From the NCBI GenBank assembly GCA_963700285.1, contig CAVOXA010000010.1, positions 928,001 to 992,000 on the forward strand: a DNA stretch of 64,000 nt, read 5' to 3'. Under the pieces are notes generated by a model that made no database searches, was not told the origin of the DNA, and was given only the letters and a program-made list of their open reading frames with translations. Of the stretch, positions 28,972 through 37,908 are shown piece after piece. The translations under genes were made by a program, and so were the position numbers. How positions within the stretch are numbered: the stretch's first letter is position 1; every line of letters begins with the position of its first letter. The DNA is from an uncultured Chloroflexia bacterium. Its GTDB lineage: Bacteria > Chloroflexota > Anaerolineae > JAAYZQ01.

Positions 28972-30018
28972 ATGAAAGCCAGACTCCTGGTCATCCTGAT
29001 GCTGGCCATGCTGGCCAGTTGCGCACCAGCTGAACCTCCTGCCGAGGTATCCATTCCCTTTGTCTGGGCGTATCGTGCGGGCGACTATGTCCGGGGGACC
29101 CCACTCGTGAGCGACGGCGTCGTCTATGTGGGCGCCGACGATAACGTCTTGCACGCCATTGATACCGGTACTGGCGAGGCAATGTGGCAGTATGAGACGG
29201 CAGATAATATTACCTCTACACCTGCCGCAGGGAAAGACACCATCTACTTTGGTTCCTGGGACGGTACCGTCTACGCACTGGATGCCGGGGAGGGCGATCC
29301 ACGCTGGAAATATGAGACAGATGGCTGGGTGACCGCATCCCCAGTGATGGGGATTGATCGCCTCTATGTCGGTTCCCACGATGGCTTCCTCTACGCCCTG
29401 AATGCCGAGGACGGCGAACGGATGTGGTGGTACAGGACGGAGGGCCCCATCGTGGGTGGCGCTGCACTCGCTGGTACCACCGTCTTGGTCGGATCGACCG
29501 ACAACTATCTCTACGCCCTCGATACCTCCAGGGGCGAACTGCTGTGGCGCTATCGGACGGGCGGGGATATCGTCTCCACACCAGCCGTTGACCCCGAAAC
29601 CGTCTATGTAGGTTCCGTCGACCGGAAGCTGTACGCCCTCGACGTCGCCAGCGGAGAACCTCGCTGGGCCTTTGAGGCTGGTGATGCCATCGAATCATCG
29701 CCGGCCGTTGCCGACGGTGTAGTCTATTTCGGCGCCAATGACGGCAAGCTCTATGCGCTGCGCGCCGCAGACGGGCGCCCCCAGTGGCAGTATCAGGCGG
29801 GGGACATTGTCCGCTCTTCGCCGGTAGTTTGGGGAGACCTGGTTTTTGTCGGCTCCGACGATGGCTATCTCTACGGTCTGGACCGAGGGACGGGGGCGCA
29901 AGTGTGGCGCTATCGAACCGCAGGCGCCATCGCGGCAAGTCCTGCTGTGGCTGATGAGGGACTGTTCGTCGGGTCCACCGATCGGTACCTGCACGCCTTT
30001 GACCTGGGGTCAGAGTAG
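28972..30018 (+). CDS. PQQ-like (BamB-type) beta-propeller lipoprotein
   Basis: LASC lipobox; eight SP.V..G.VYVGS.D..LYALD..G...W repeats. Confidence 0.92.
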   Translation: MKARLLVILMLAMLASCAPAEPPAEVSIPFVWAYRAGDYVRGTPLVSDGVVYVGADDNVLHAIDTGTGEAMWQYETADNITSTPAAGKDTIYFGSWDGTVYALDAGEGDPRWKYETDGWVTASPVMGIDRLYVGSHDGFLYALNAEDGERMWWYRTEGPIVGGAALAGTTVLVGSTDNYLYALDTSRGELLWRYRTGGDIVSTPAVDPETVYVGSVDRKLYALDVASGEPRWAFEAGDAIESSPAVADGVVYFGANDGKLYALRAADGRPQWQYQAGDIVRSSPVVWGDLVFVGSDDGYLYGLDRGTGAQVWRYRTAGAIAASPAVADEGLFVGSTDRYLHAFDLGSE

Positions 30019-30028
30019 GAGATCCGCA

Positions 30029-31915
30029 GTGAAACTACGGGAGACAGAAGGCACTGTTTGGCGACCTGGCCGTCGGCGTTGGATGCTGGGCATCGCACTC
30101 TTGGGTTTGATCTCCGTAGCCATCGTTGCCTGGGCGTTCCGCGACTATGCACGCTCGCCCCAAGCCCTCTACCGTGAGGCCCAAACGGCACGACCTGATC
30201 GGGCTGCGGTACTCTATACTCGACTGGCCGAAAAGCTTCCCCAACTTGAGGAGTATATGCAGATGTGGGCGGCTGAGGCGTTGATGCCCGATCTGGTGGC
30301 AGTACAGACGTTGCAGGCTGTCGCAGCCTACCGGCCACAGAGCCCTGCAGCCTATCAGGCGCATATTGCCATGGCCCGGCATCTGGCCAGCATCGAGGCA
30401 CCCGAAGCGGAGGGGGAATATCGTGCCGCGCTGGCGCTGCAAGCTTCAGTTGCCCTGCGCCTGGAGCTGGCTCGCTACCTCGAAGAACAGGGGGCTAACG
30501 AGGCAGCCTACGCCGAATATCTGCAGATCTTGGGGGAGCGCGCTGACGCATTTGATGGGATGCGCCGGACAGGGAAGGATCCCTTGGCGGTGGCCCAAGA
30601 TCTGAACGCGGCCTACTACTACACTGATGCCCTGGAGACGCTTCGCGGGGTTGAGAGCCCGGAGGCTCTGCCCTTGCGTGCTGTGGCACTGGCAGGATTA
30701 CAGCGGCATAGCGAAGCGGAGGAGGCATATGTTGCCTGGCTGGAGCAGACACCTAATGACAGTACTGCCCAACTTGGCCTGGCCCAGAGCCTGGTCCAGC
30801 TTGAGCGTCCAGATGAAGCGCTGTTCCTCCTTCAGGAAGTTGGCACCGCGGACAGCCAACTGGTTCAGGCCAATCTCATGGCAGCAGAGGATCCGGACGG
30901 AGCTGTGGACCTGTACATGGACTCTCCCTACCCCGTAGCCTGGTGGACAGCAACCTCGCTGTTGGAAACGCAGGGCAGGCTGACGGAGACATTGCCCCTC
31001 TACGCCCGTGTAGGAGAACAGTACAACTCCCTGAGTGATGACGCCGCCTACCGCCTGTACATCGTGGGCCAGAGGGCTGAGGAGCCGGGTGCCCAAGCGG
31101 AGGGTGAAGCCCTACTGGAGGGCCTTGGCTTGAGCTGGTTGGGGCTGCGAGCCGGCGTCCTTGATCTGGGGCATGAACTGGAGCTGGCAACATCGGCCCC
31201 TCTGGTTGCAGCTGGGGACGGCATTTTGGAGAAGGTAGAGGCATTGGAGTCCATTGGCCGCCACGACCTGGCGCGCATGGAACTGATGCTTGCCGCGCAA
31301 GCCCGGCGCGCACCGGAAGTAGATCTGGCTATGGCCGAGGCCTTGGCATTGGGGAACCATGTCCACGATGCTCAAGCCATCGCCGCTGGATACCTGGAAG
31401 AGCATTCGCGCGCCCCCCGGGCTTTTTGGGAATTGAGCTATCCGCGGCCCTATTCGGCTACCGTCGAGGCAGCGGCGACGGAGTTCGACATCGATCCGCG
31501 GCTCATCTGGGCTGTAATGCGTGAGGAGAGCCGCTATGATCCAGAAGCGCTTTCGTACGTCGGCGCACGGGGCCTGATGCAGGTCATGCCACCCACTCAG
31601 GCCTGGATTGCCGAGATGTTGGAAGAGGAGATCCCACCAGGAGACGCATTCACGCCTGAGGCCAGTATTCGCATGGGAGCCTGGTTTCTGCGTTTCCTCC
31701 TAGATTATTTTGAGGATGACCTGGAGTTGGTTATCGCCGCCTACAATGGCGGCGCTGGCAGCGTAGATAGCTGGCTGGCGGACCCCCTGGTGTCCAACCG
31801 GGACGATCTGCTGCGCTGGATCGGTTATGGAGAGACCCGAGAGTATCTATCACGGGTGTTGCTGAGTTACGAGATTTATAAAGAACTGTATCCACATAGC
31901 GGCGGTGGGGAATAG
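30029..31915 (+). CDS. TPR-like helical plus SLT lytic transglycosylase
   Basis: AVMREES, GARGLMQVMP, AAYNGG, ETREY; N-terminal TM helix. Confidence 0.9.
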   Translation: MKLRETEGTVWRPGRRRWMLGIALLGLISVAIVAWAFRDYARSPQALYREAQTARPDRAAVLYTRLAEKLPQLEEYMQMWAAEALMPDLVAVQTLQAVAAYRPQSPAAYQAHIAMARHLASIEAPEAEGEYRAALALQASVALRLELARYLEEQGANEAAYAEYLQILGERADAFDGMRRTGKDPLAVAQDLNAAYYYTDALETLRGVESPEALPLRAVALAGLQRHSEAEEAYVAWLEQTPNDSTAQLGLAQSLVQLERPDEALFLLQEVGTADSQLVQANLMAAEDPDGAVDLYMDSPYPVAWWTATSLLETQGRLTETLPLYARVGEQYNSLSDDAAYRLYIVGQRAEEPGAQAEGEALLEGLGLSWLGLRAGVLDLGHELELATSAPLVAAGDGILEKVEALESIGRHDLARMELMLAAQARRAPEVDLAMAEALALGNHVHDAQAIAAGYLEEHSRAPRAFWELSYPRPYSATVEAAATEFDIDPRLIWAVMREESRYDPEALSYVGARGLMQVMPPTQAWIAEMLEEEIPPGDAFTPEASIRMGAWFLRFLLDYFEDDLELVIAAYNGGAGSVDSWLADPLVSNRDDLLRWIGYGETREYLSRVLLSYEIYKELYPHSGGGE

Positions 31916-31979
31916 ACTCAAGTCTGGCCGTCCTGCTGTGATCGTTGCTTCGCTTATTCCTACGCAGATTTCCCCTCAG

Positions 31980-32000
31980 TTGACAACAGAACAAATGTTC
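31980..32000 (+). promoter_or_regulatory. LexA (SOS) box next to a -35 element
   Basis: TTGACA 31980-31985 followed by GAAC-AAAT-GTTC 31989-32000. Confidence 0.7.
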
Positions 32001-32095
32001 GGCAACCTGTTCCTGCACTTCTGTCAGCGGTAACAAGAAAACCCTGGATGGAAACCCAGAAACTTGGCACGGAACCCATCGTACATTGTAGGCTC

Positions 32096-32147
32096 CACGC
32101 GTGAAGGGGTTCATGCGTGAAGAGATTCACGGGTGAAAGGATTCACC
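32096..32147. repeat. Three 16-bp tandem, internally palindromic repeats
   Basis: CACGCGTGAAGGGGTT / CATGCGTGAAGAGATT / CACGGGTGAAAGGATT / CACC. Confidence 0.75.
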
Positions 32148-32966
32148 TTGAGCAAGAAGCGCGGGCGCAAGCGACAACAAAAACTAGACATGGCCGTGGC
32201 AACCATCCATCAGCGCTACGGCCCCCGGTCACTGATCAAAGGAAGATCAACCCAGACAGCTAGTCCTACCGCTGAGATTCCCCACATCCCTACCGGCTTT
32301 GCAAAACTCGACCAAGCTCTGGGCATTGGCGGATTGCCCATAGGGCGGGTGTGCGAGATTGTGGGTCCGGCTACCTCGGGCAAGACAACCCTGGCCCTCA
32401 AGTTTCTGGTCCAGGCCCAAGCCAGGGGGGGACAGGTAGCTTATGTCGATCAGGCTCTCTATTTTGATCCTGACTATGCGTACCGGTGTGGCATGGATCT
32501 CTCCCGCCTGCTCATCAGCAGGGCCTACGACATGCAGGAAGCTCTGGCCACGGCCGAGGCATTGGCGCGCAGTGGCGCCCTATCGGCCCTGGTTTTTGAT
32601 GCTCTGGATTTTGTATGGACCGACCCTGGCACCGTGCTCCATCTGGCGGCCAATCTCAACCGCCTGATACCTTTCCTGGTCCGCTCTGGTACGGTCTTTC
32701 TCGTCCTGTACGAATCTTTCCAAGATCGTTCCCCTGCCCTCTCAGCTCTGGCTCATTGTGCTGCTGTACGGCTCAAAGTCGTCCGTGAGAAATGGGTACA
32801 CCAATACCGGGACGTCCGAGGCTACGAGGCCCGGGTTGAAGTACTCAAGAACAAGTTGGGACCTGCCGGCCACACTGCGGCCATCACCATCGAGTTCAAC
32901 GGCACTGTCCGTGCAATGGGCTGTAGCCCCTTCTGGCAATCGCTGCCTTTGGAGGCAATGCTGTGA
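32133..32966 (+). CDS. Short RecA paralog (ImuA-like)
   Basis: IPTGF..LD.ALG.GGLP.GRV.EI.GP.TSGKT, VLKNK; lacks the RecA loops and C-terminal domain. Confidence 0.8.
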   Translation: MKGFTLSKKRGRKRQQKLDMAVATIHQRYGPRSLIKGRSTQTASPTAEIPHIPTGFAKLDQALGIGGLPIGRVCEIVGPATSGKTTLALKFLVQAQARGGQVAYVDQALYFDPDYAYRCGMDLSRLLISRAYDMQEALATAEALARSGALSALVFDALDFVWTDPGTVLHLAANLNRLIPFLVRSGTVFLVLYESFQDRSPALSALAHCAAVRLKVVREKWVHQYRDVRGYEARVEVLKNKLGPAGHTAAITIEFNGTVRAMGCSPFWQSLPLEAML

Positions 32967-32977
32967 CCAAAGCAAAC

Positions 32978-33009
32978 CGCGTTGCGCCGGTCTTGACCGG
33001 CACAACGCG
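32978..33009. terminator. Hairpin between convergent genes
   Basis: CGCGTTGCGCCGGTC-TT-GACCGGCACAACGCG. Confidence 0.55.
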
Positions 33010-33070
33010 ATCCTGCATGGAGGTTACTATAAAACAGGGCACTGTCGCAACAGAGAAAGGCCGAGTTTGT

Positions 33071-34834
33071 CTATGGCATGGACGCAGGTCGCTCGCCCAA
33101 CGTCACCTCTACCATGGTCTGCTGGCCATCGCGTAACACGGCAAGCGTCACATCTTGGCCTGGCTCGGCTCCCCGCAGGATGGATAACAAATCCTCCATC
33201 TGGGCAACCGGTTCTTCATCCACCGCGACGATGACATCGCCTCCTACCTGGATCTCCTGCCCGTTGAGTTCCAACGCCTCGGAGCCACTGCGCAACCCTG
33301 CCTCAGCAGCAGGGCTGCCCTGCACGACCTCCCCAACCAGGACACCCTGCTGACTGGAACCAAGATCCATCGCTTCAGCGATTTCAGGAGTAACTGTCAG
33401 ACCCATGATACCGAGCCAGGCCCCAGTGGTCGCACCCTGCTCCTGCTGCGCCTGCGCTGGCCGCTCTTCTTGTTTGGGCCGGCCAGCAAGGCTTACCCGA
33501 ACCGCTTCTTTCTCGCCTTCGCGCAGCACCGTCAGAGTGACGGTATCGCCGACGCTCGTGCTGCGGGCCAGGTAGGTCACCAAGTCGTCGAACTCATTCA
33601 CGGGTTCATTGTTGATGGCCACAATCACGTCACCGCCGACCCGAACTTGCTGCCCATCTATATCGACGGATTGGTCGCTTCCCTGCAAACCCGCTTCGCT
33701 GGACGGGCTGTTGTCCACCACTTCAATGACTAGAACTCCTCGCTGGCTGGCATCGAGGTCCATTGTCTGGGCCAGAGCAGAAGTCAGCGAAGTGCCGCTC
33801 ACACCCAGCCACGAATGCTCATAGTAGCCGTCCCGGATCAGCGCCGGTACGACTTTTTTCACAATGGCCGACGGGACGGCAAAGCCGATACCTGCGTTGG
33901 CCCGCACGGGCGATTCGATGGCCGTAGGCACGCCGATAACCCGGCCCCCGTCATCCACCAGCACACCGCCCGAGTTCCCCGGGTTGATGGGCGCATCGGT
34001 CTGGATGATGTCTGGAATGGTGTAGGTTGGCCCCAGCATCGTATCTGCTGCTACTGGCAGCGACCGGCCCAAGGCACTGATAAAACCCACAGTCATGGTA
34101 CCTTCCAGGCCAAAGGGATTGCCGATGGCTACCGCCAACTGTCCCACCCGAACCTCAGTCGAGTCTGCCAGCTGAACCGGCAGCAACTGGCTGGCCGGAA
34201 GGTCTACCTTGACCACTGCCAGGTCGCTATGGGGATCGGTCCCAACCACTTTACCGGCAACAGAGGTATCGTCGTAGAAGGTGACTGTGATCCTTTCCGC
34301 ACCATCGACAACATGGTTGTTGGTCACGATGTGGCCCTCTTTATCCCACACAAAACCAGAGCCCAACCCCCCCTGCTGCGGAGGAAACCCTTCCGGAAGG
34401 GATGGATCCGAGGGCGAACTGGGGATATCGGGATGGCCCGAGGGTAGAGCGCCTGCGCCTTGAACTACCTGGATATTGACCACTGAAGGAGTCACGCCAA
34501 CATAGATCTGCTCCAGCCTCGCCTCCAGGGCATCCAGAAGGCTGGCCAGCATGGGATCGGCTGGGACAGTCCCGGTCAACGGCGTTGCAGGCTGTATCGA
34601 GGATGCCGGCGCGGATGACCCAACCTTTGCCACAGAATCGGCGGCTATGGCTTCGGGCGCTGCCCTGGCCCCAGAGTCCGGCGGCGCTGCCTGCGGATCT
34701 TGGAGCACCCCATTCTGGGGGAACAGTTCCTCTAGCGCAATGGCCCCTAGCGTTGACACTGGCGCGCTGCAACCAGCCAGCGACAGCAGCCAAATCAGGA
34801 GAAATACAAAGACCACAAACAATCGTTTGCTCAC
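33071..34834 (-). CDS. htrA: HtrA/DegP-family serine protease lipoprotein with two PDZ domains
   Basis: LAGC lipobox, GSGF, TNNHVV, DLAV, QTDAPINPGNSGG, two GD.I PDZ domains. Confidence 0.93.
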   Translation of the reverse strand: MSKRLFVVFVFLLIWLLSLAGCSAPVSTLGAIALEELFPQNGVLQDPQAAPPDSGARAAPEAIAADSVAKVGSSAPASSIQPATPLTGTVPADPMLASLLDALEARLEQIYVGVTPSVVNIQVVQGAGALPSGHPDIPSSPSDPSLPEGFPPQQGGLGSGFVWDKEGHIVTNNHVVDGAERITVTFYDDTSVAGKVVGTDPHSDLAVVKVDLPASQLLPVQLADSTEVRVGQLAVAIGNPFGLEGTMTVGFISALGRSLPVAADTMLGPTYTIPDIIQTDAPINPGNSGGVLVDDGGRVIGVPTAIESPVRANAGIGFAVPSAIVKKVVPALIRDGYYEHSWLGVSGTSLTSALAQTMDLDASQRGVLVIEVVDNSPSSEAGLQGSDQSVDIDGQQVRVGGDVIVAINNEPVNEFDDLVTYLARSTSVGDTVTLTVLREGEKEAVRVSLAGRPKQEERPAQAQQEQGATTGAWLGIMGLTVTPEIAEAMDLGSSQQGVLVGEVVQGSPAAEAGLRSGSEALELNGQEIQVGGDVIVAVDEEPVAQMEDLLSILRGAEPGQDVTLAVLRDGQQTMVEVTLGERPASMP

Positions 34835-35099
34835 AGCAGATCCTTTCTGTCATTTGTCGTGCAAAGGCATCTGTGGGGTCTAGCCTACCGCAGGATGGAC
34901 GCGCCAATACTCTCCCGAACCCCACAGACACCATCGCCAAGCCCTGATAATCCGTCCAGAGCCTGCGGAAGGCTAAATCTGCCGGTAGCATAACACAGAG
35001 AGTATCGATCTGTCCTTAAGGGAGACTACCATAGAGGTTAAGACAACCTTAAGAAGCTATGCACAACTTGGCCCAAGCCCGCTTGTCGGAGAAAGGCGC

Positions 35100-36611
35100 T
35101 CAGTCTACCACCCAACCCCGGGCTCGATCTATGGCTCGCTGCCAGCCAGCGTAGAGGCTATCTCGCTGGTCGGCTGGCATGGATGGGGTAAACTCGGCGT
35201 CGACCCTCCACTGGCGGGCCACTTCATCCAGTCCAGACCAATAGCCCACGGCCAGCCCGGCAAGATAAGCGGCTCCCAGCGCCGTCGTTTCGGTGACTGC
35301 CGGTCTCTGGACGGGTACGCCCATGATGTCAGCCTGGAACTGCATCAACAGATCGTTGGCAGCAGCGCCTCCGTCGGCCCGCAGCGCCTGCAGGCGAACG
35401 CCCCCCGTGTTGATGGCATCGGCCGCCATCGCTTCCAGCAGATCCCGGCTCTGGTAGCAGATCCCCTCCAGCGCCGCGCGGACCAGGTGTCTCCGGTCAG
35501 TACCTTGTGTCAGTCCCACGATCGTTCCCCGGGCATAGGGGTCCCAGTAGGGCGCACCCAAACCCACAAAGGCGGGAACAAAGTAGACGCCGCCAGTATT
35601 GGCTACCTCACGGGCTAGCGATTCGGTTTCGGCCGCGTGGCTGATGATGCCCAGCCCATCGCGCAGCCACTGGACAACAGCCCCAGCGATGAATACACTG
35701 CCCTCCAGAGCATAGGTCACATCATTGCTCTCATCCAATTGCCAGGCGATCGTCGTCAACAACCCCTGACCCGAAACTACCGCCTGGTCTCCAGTATTCA
35801 GCAGCAGAAAACCACCGGTGCCATAGGTATTCTTGGCCTGCCCCGGCGCGAAACAGGTCTGGCCAAAGAGCGCCGCCTGCTGGTCGCCAGCCGCACCCGC
35901 GATAGGCACTCTTGCACCCAGTAGCTCAGCATCGGCTTGACCATAGACCTGCGACGAGGGCCGCACTTCCGGGAGCATGACCCGGGGGATACGAAGCTCG
36001 GTGATGATATCATCGTCCCAATCCAGCGTACGAATATTGAACAGCATCGTGCGCGAGGCGTTGCTCACGTCAGTCACATGCAGCCGCCCGCTGCTCAGCC
36101 GCCAGATGAGAAAGCTGTCGATGGTGCCAAAGAGCGCATCCCCACGTTCCGCCTTCTCTCGAAGGCCTGACACCTGGTCCAGCAGCCAGGCAAGCTTGGT
36201 GCCCGAGAAATAGGCATCTACTACCAACCCCGTCTTGTCCCGGATTGGGTTCGCCCAGCCATCATCACGGAGATGGTCGCACATTGCAGCGGTCCGCCGG
36301 CACTGCCAGACGATGGCGTTGTGCAATGGCGCGCCTGTTTGCCGATCCCAGACCACCACCGTCTCGCGCTGGTTGGTGATGCCCATGGCCGCCACCTGCG
36401 CCGCTTCGATGCGAGCCTCCCTCAATGCCTGCCGCGCTGTGTCCAATTGGGTATTCCAGATCGCTTCTGGATCATGCTCCACCCAGCCGGGCTGCGGGTA
36501 GAGTTGAGGAAACTCTTGTTGGGCAACGCTGATGACTCGCCCGGAACGATCAAAGACAATGGCCCTCGAGCTACTTGTTCCTTGATCCAGAGCTAGAATA
36601 TAGGTTGCCAT
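35100..36611 (-). CDS. glpK: Glycerol kinase
   Basis: [51 protein letters not shown]. Confidence 0.97.
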   Translation of the reverse strand: MATYILALDQGTSSSRAIVFDRSGRVISVAQQEFPQLYPQPGWVEHDPEAIWNTQLDTARQALREARIEAAQVAAMGITNQRETVVVWDRQTGAPLHNAIVWQCRRTAAMCDHLRDDGWANPIRDKTGLVVDAYFSGTKLAWLLDQVSGLREKAERGDALFGTIDSFLIWRLSSGRLHVTDVSNASRTMLFNIRTLDWDDDIITELRIPRVMLPEVRPSSQVYGQADAELLGARVPIAGAAGDQQAALFGQTCFAPGQAKNTYGTGGFLLLNTGDQAVVSGQGLLTTIAWQLDESNDVTYALEGSVFIAGAVVQWLRDGLGIISHAAETESLAREVANTGGVYFVPAFVGLGAPYWDPYARGTIVGLTQGTDRRHLVRAALEGICYQSRDLLEAMAADAINTGGVRLQALRADGGAAANDLLMQFQADIMGVPVQRPAVTETTALGAAYLAGLAVGYWSGLDEVARQWRVDAEFTPSMPADQRDSLYAGWQRAIDRARGWVVD

Positions 36612-36654
36612 GTCGCTGATATCCTCCTCGCGCCCGTGTGGGGTCGACAGGTTA

Positions 36655-37131
36655 CTAGTTCTGATCCTCAAACAGGGCCAGCCAGGCAGCTACCTCGTCC
36701 GGTGTGGGGGGCGTATCCTTCTCGGGGGGCAGCGCATCCTCCTGTGCCGCCCCAGACGCCGGAGCCAGATCGGAGGCAAAGGTATCAGCACTACGTACCC
36801 TGGCGCCATTCCGGGCCACTGTCTCAGCTAGTTGCTGATCCGAAGTGACGACCAGCCAGCCTCGAGGGTCCCGGCTGCGGCGCACGCGCCGGGCTATGAC
36901 GGTATCGGCACTGCTGCCGTGTGGCGCAAAGACGACCTCAATCCCACCCTGGCGGCGGACTTTCGACAGCGAAAAGGCTCCACCAGGATCAAACACGACC
37001 GTGATCCGTTGGCCCGTACGTGCCCGGTAGGACACCAGCATGCGGACGAGTTGATCTTCATCGTCGGGATCTTGCAGAGAGATGGTGGACAGCCGGCCGA
37101 TTAGGTTGTGACCGTCGATCAAGATAGGCAG
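36655..37131 (-). CDS. NYN/YacP-like PIN-domain ribonuclease
   Basis: LIDGHNL, VVFD, SAD..I, VVTSD; probable CTG start at 37131 behind AGGAG. Confidence 0.85.
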   Translation of the reverse strand: MPILIDGHNLIGRLSTISLQDPDDEDQLVRMLVSYRARTGQRITVVFDPGGAFSLSKVRRQGGIEVVFAPHGSSADTVIARRVRRSRDPRGWLVVTSDQQLAETVARNGARVRSADTFASDLAPASGAAQEDALPPEKDTPPTPDEVAAWLALFEDQN

Positions 37132-37134
37132 CGT

Positions 37135-37668
37135 CTAAACTCCTGTCACACACATGGGCCGTTCAAGGCCCTCCGGCACGTGATCTTGTGCACGTGAGCC
37201 TGGGGAGCGTATATCTTTTTCGGTGGTGACCCGGATCCCGGCACGCTTGAGCAAGGCAGCTGTCACACCGTCACCTCGCACCAGCGTACCTGCAAATCGT
37301 CCTTCGTGGATCTCGCCCACCCCGCAGGAGGGACTGTGGCTCTTGAGGATCGCTTGCCGGATGTCCAGACGTTGTGCCAAGTCCAGGGCTCCTGTGGCCC
37401 CAGCGACGAACTGGGCCGTCACATCGCTGCCATCGCTAGCCACTACGCGCGCCTGCCCGTCCAATACAGCGTTGCCGTCAAGGCCAGCATAGGCCCTCTC
37501 GATCTCTGCTGGCAGGCGCGGCGTCGGCAATCCTCCGGACACCTCCGGGCAGAAAGGAACAATGTATCCTTGGGCTGCCAGCTTGTGCAGCGCCGCCTCT
37601 GGGCAACTCCGACCGTCAAAGCGGCAATCCACCCCTAGCAGACAGGCACTCACCAAGATCAGTGTCAC
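37135..37668 (-). CDS. DUF523 family (2-thiouracil desulfurase-like) protein
   Basis: LVSACLLG..CRFDG, CPEV.GGL.TPR, LKS.SPSCG, G.GVTAALL. Confidence 0.9.
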   Translation of the reverse strand: MTLILVSACLLGVDCRFDGRSCPEAALHKLAAQGYIVPFCPEVSGGLPTPRLPAEIERAYAGLDGNAVLDGQARVVASDGSDVTAQFVAGATGALDLAQRLDIRQAILKSHSPSCGVGEIHEGRFAGTLVRGDGVTAALLKRAGIRVTTEKDIRSPGSRAQDHVPEGLERPMCVTGV

Positions 37669-37908
37669 TTTATGAACCTTTGCTCCTGCCTCACACTCTT
37701 CCTGCCCCAGCCCACGCGTACCCTTGGCTAGAGTCCATGGACCCTTGAGTCTGAGCATTTCACTTTGTGCATTGTAGCACCTCCCCACACCTCTGTCAAC
37801 GCCCGCGCTAACGCTTGCCCCCCCTATCCTTTTGTGTTAGAATACGCTCCATGCCGCCCGCCCCGCCTGGTGCGATTGGGGGCGGTAACTTTTTGGGATA
37901 CAGGAAAG

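Noticed and set aside
32096-32147. CRISPR array
   Set aside because: Contiguous 16-bp units without spacers, and no cas genes in the window.
32133-32966. Canonical recA
   Set aside because: Too short, and it lacks the catalytic Glu, the signature loops and the C-terminal domain.
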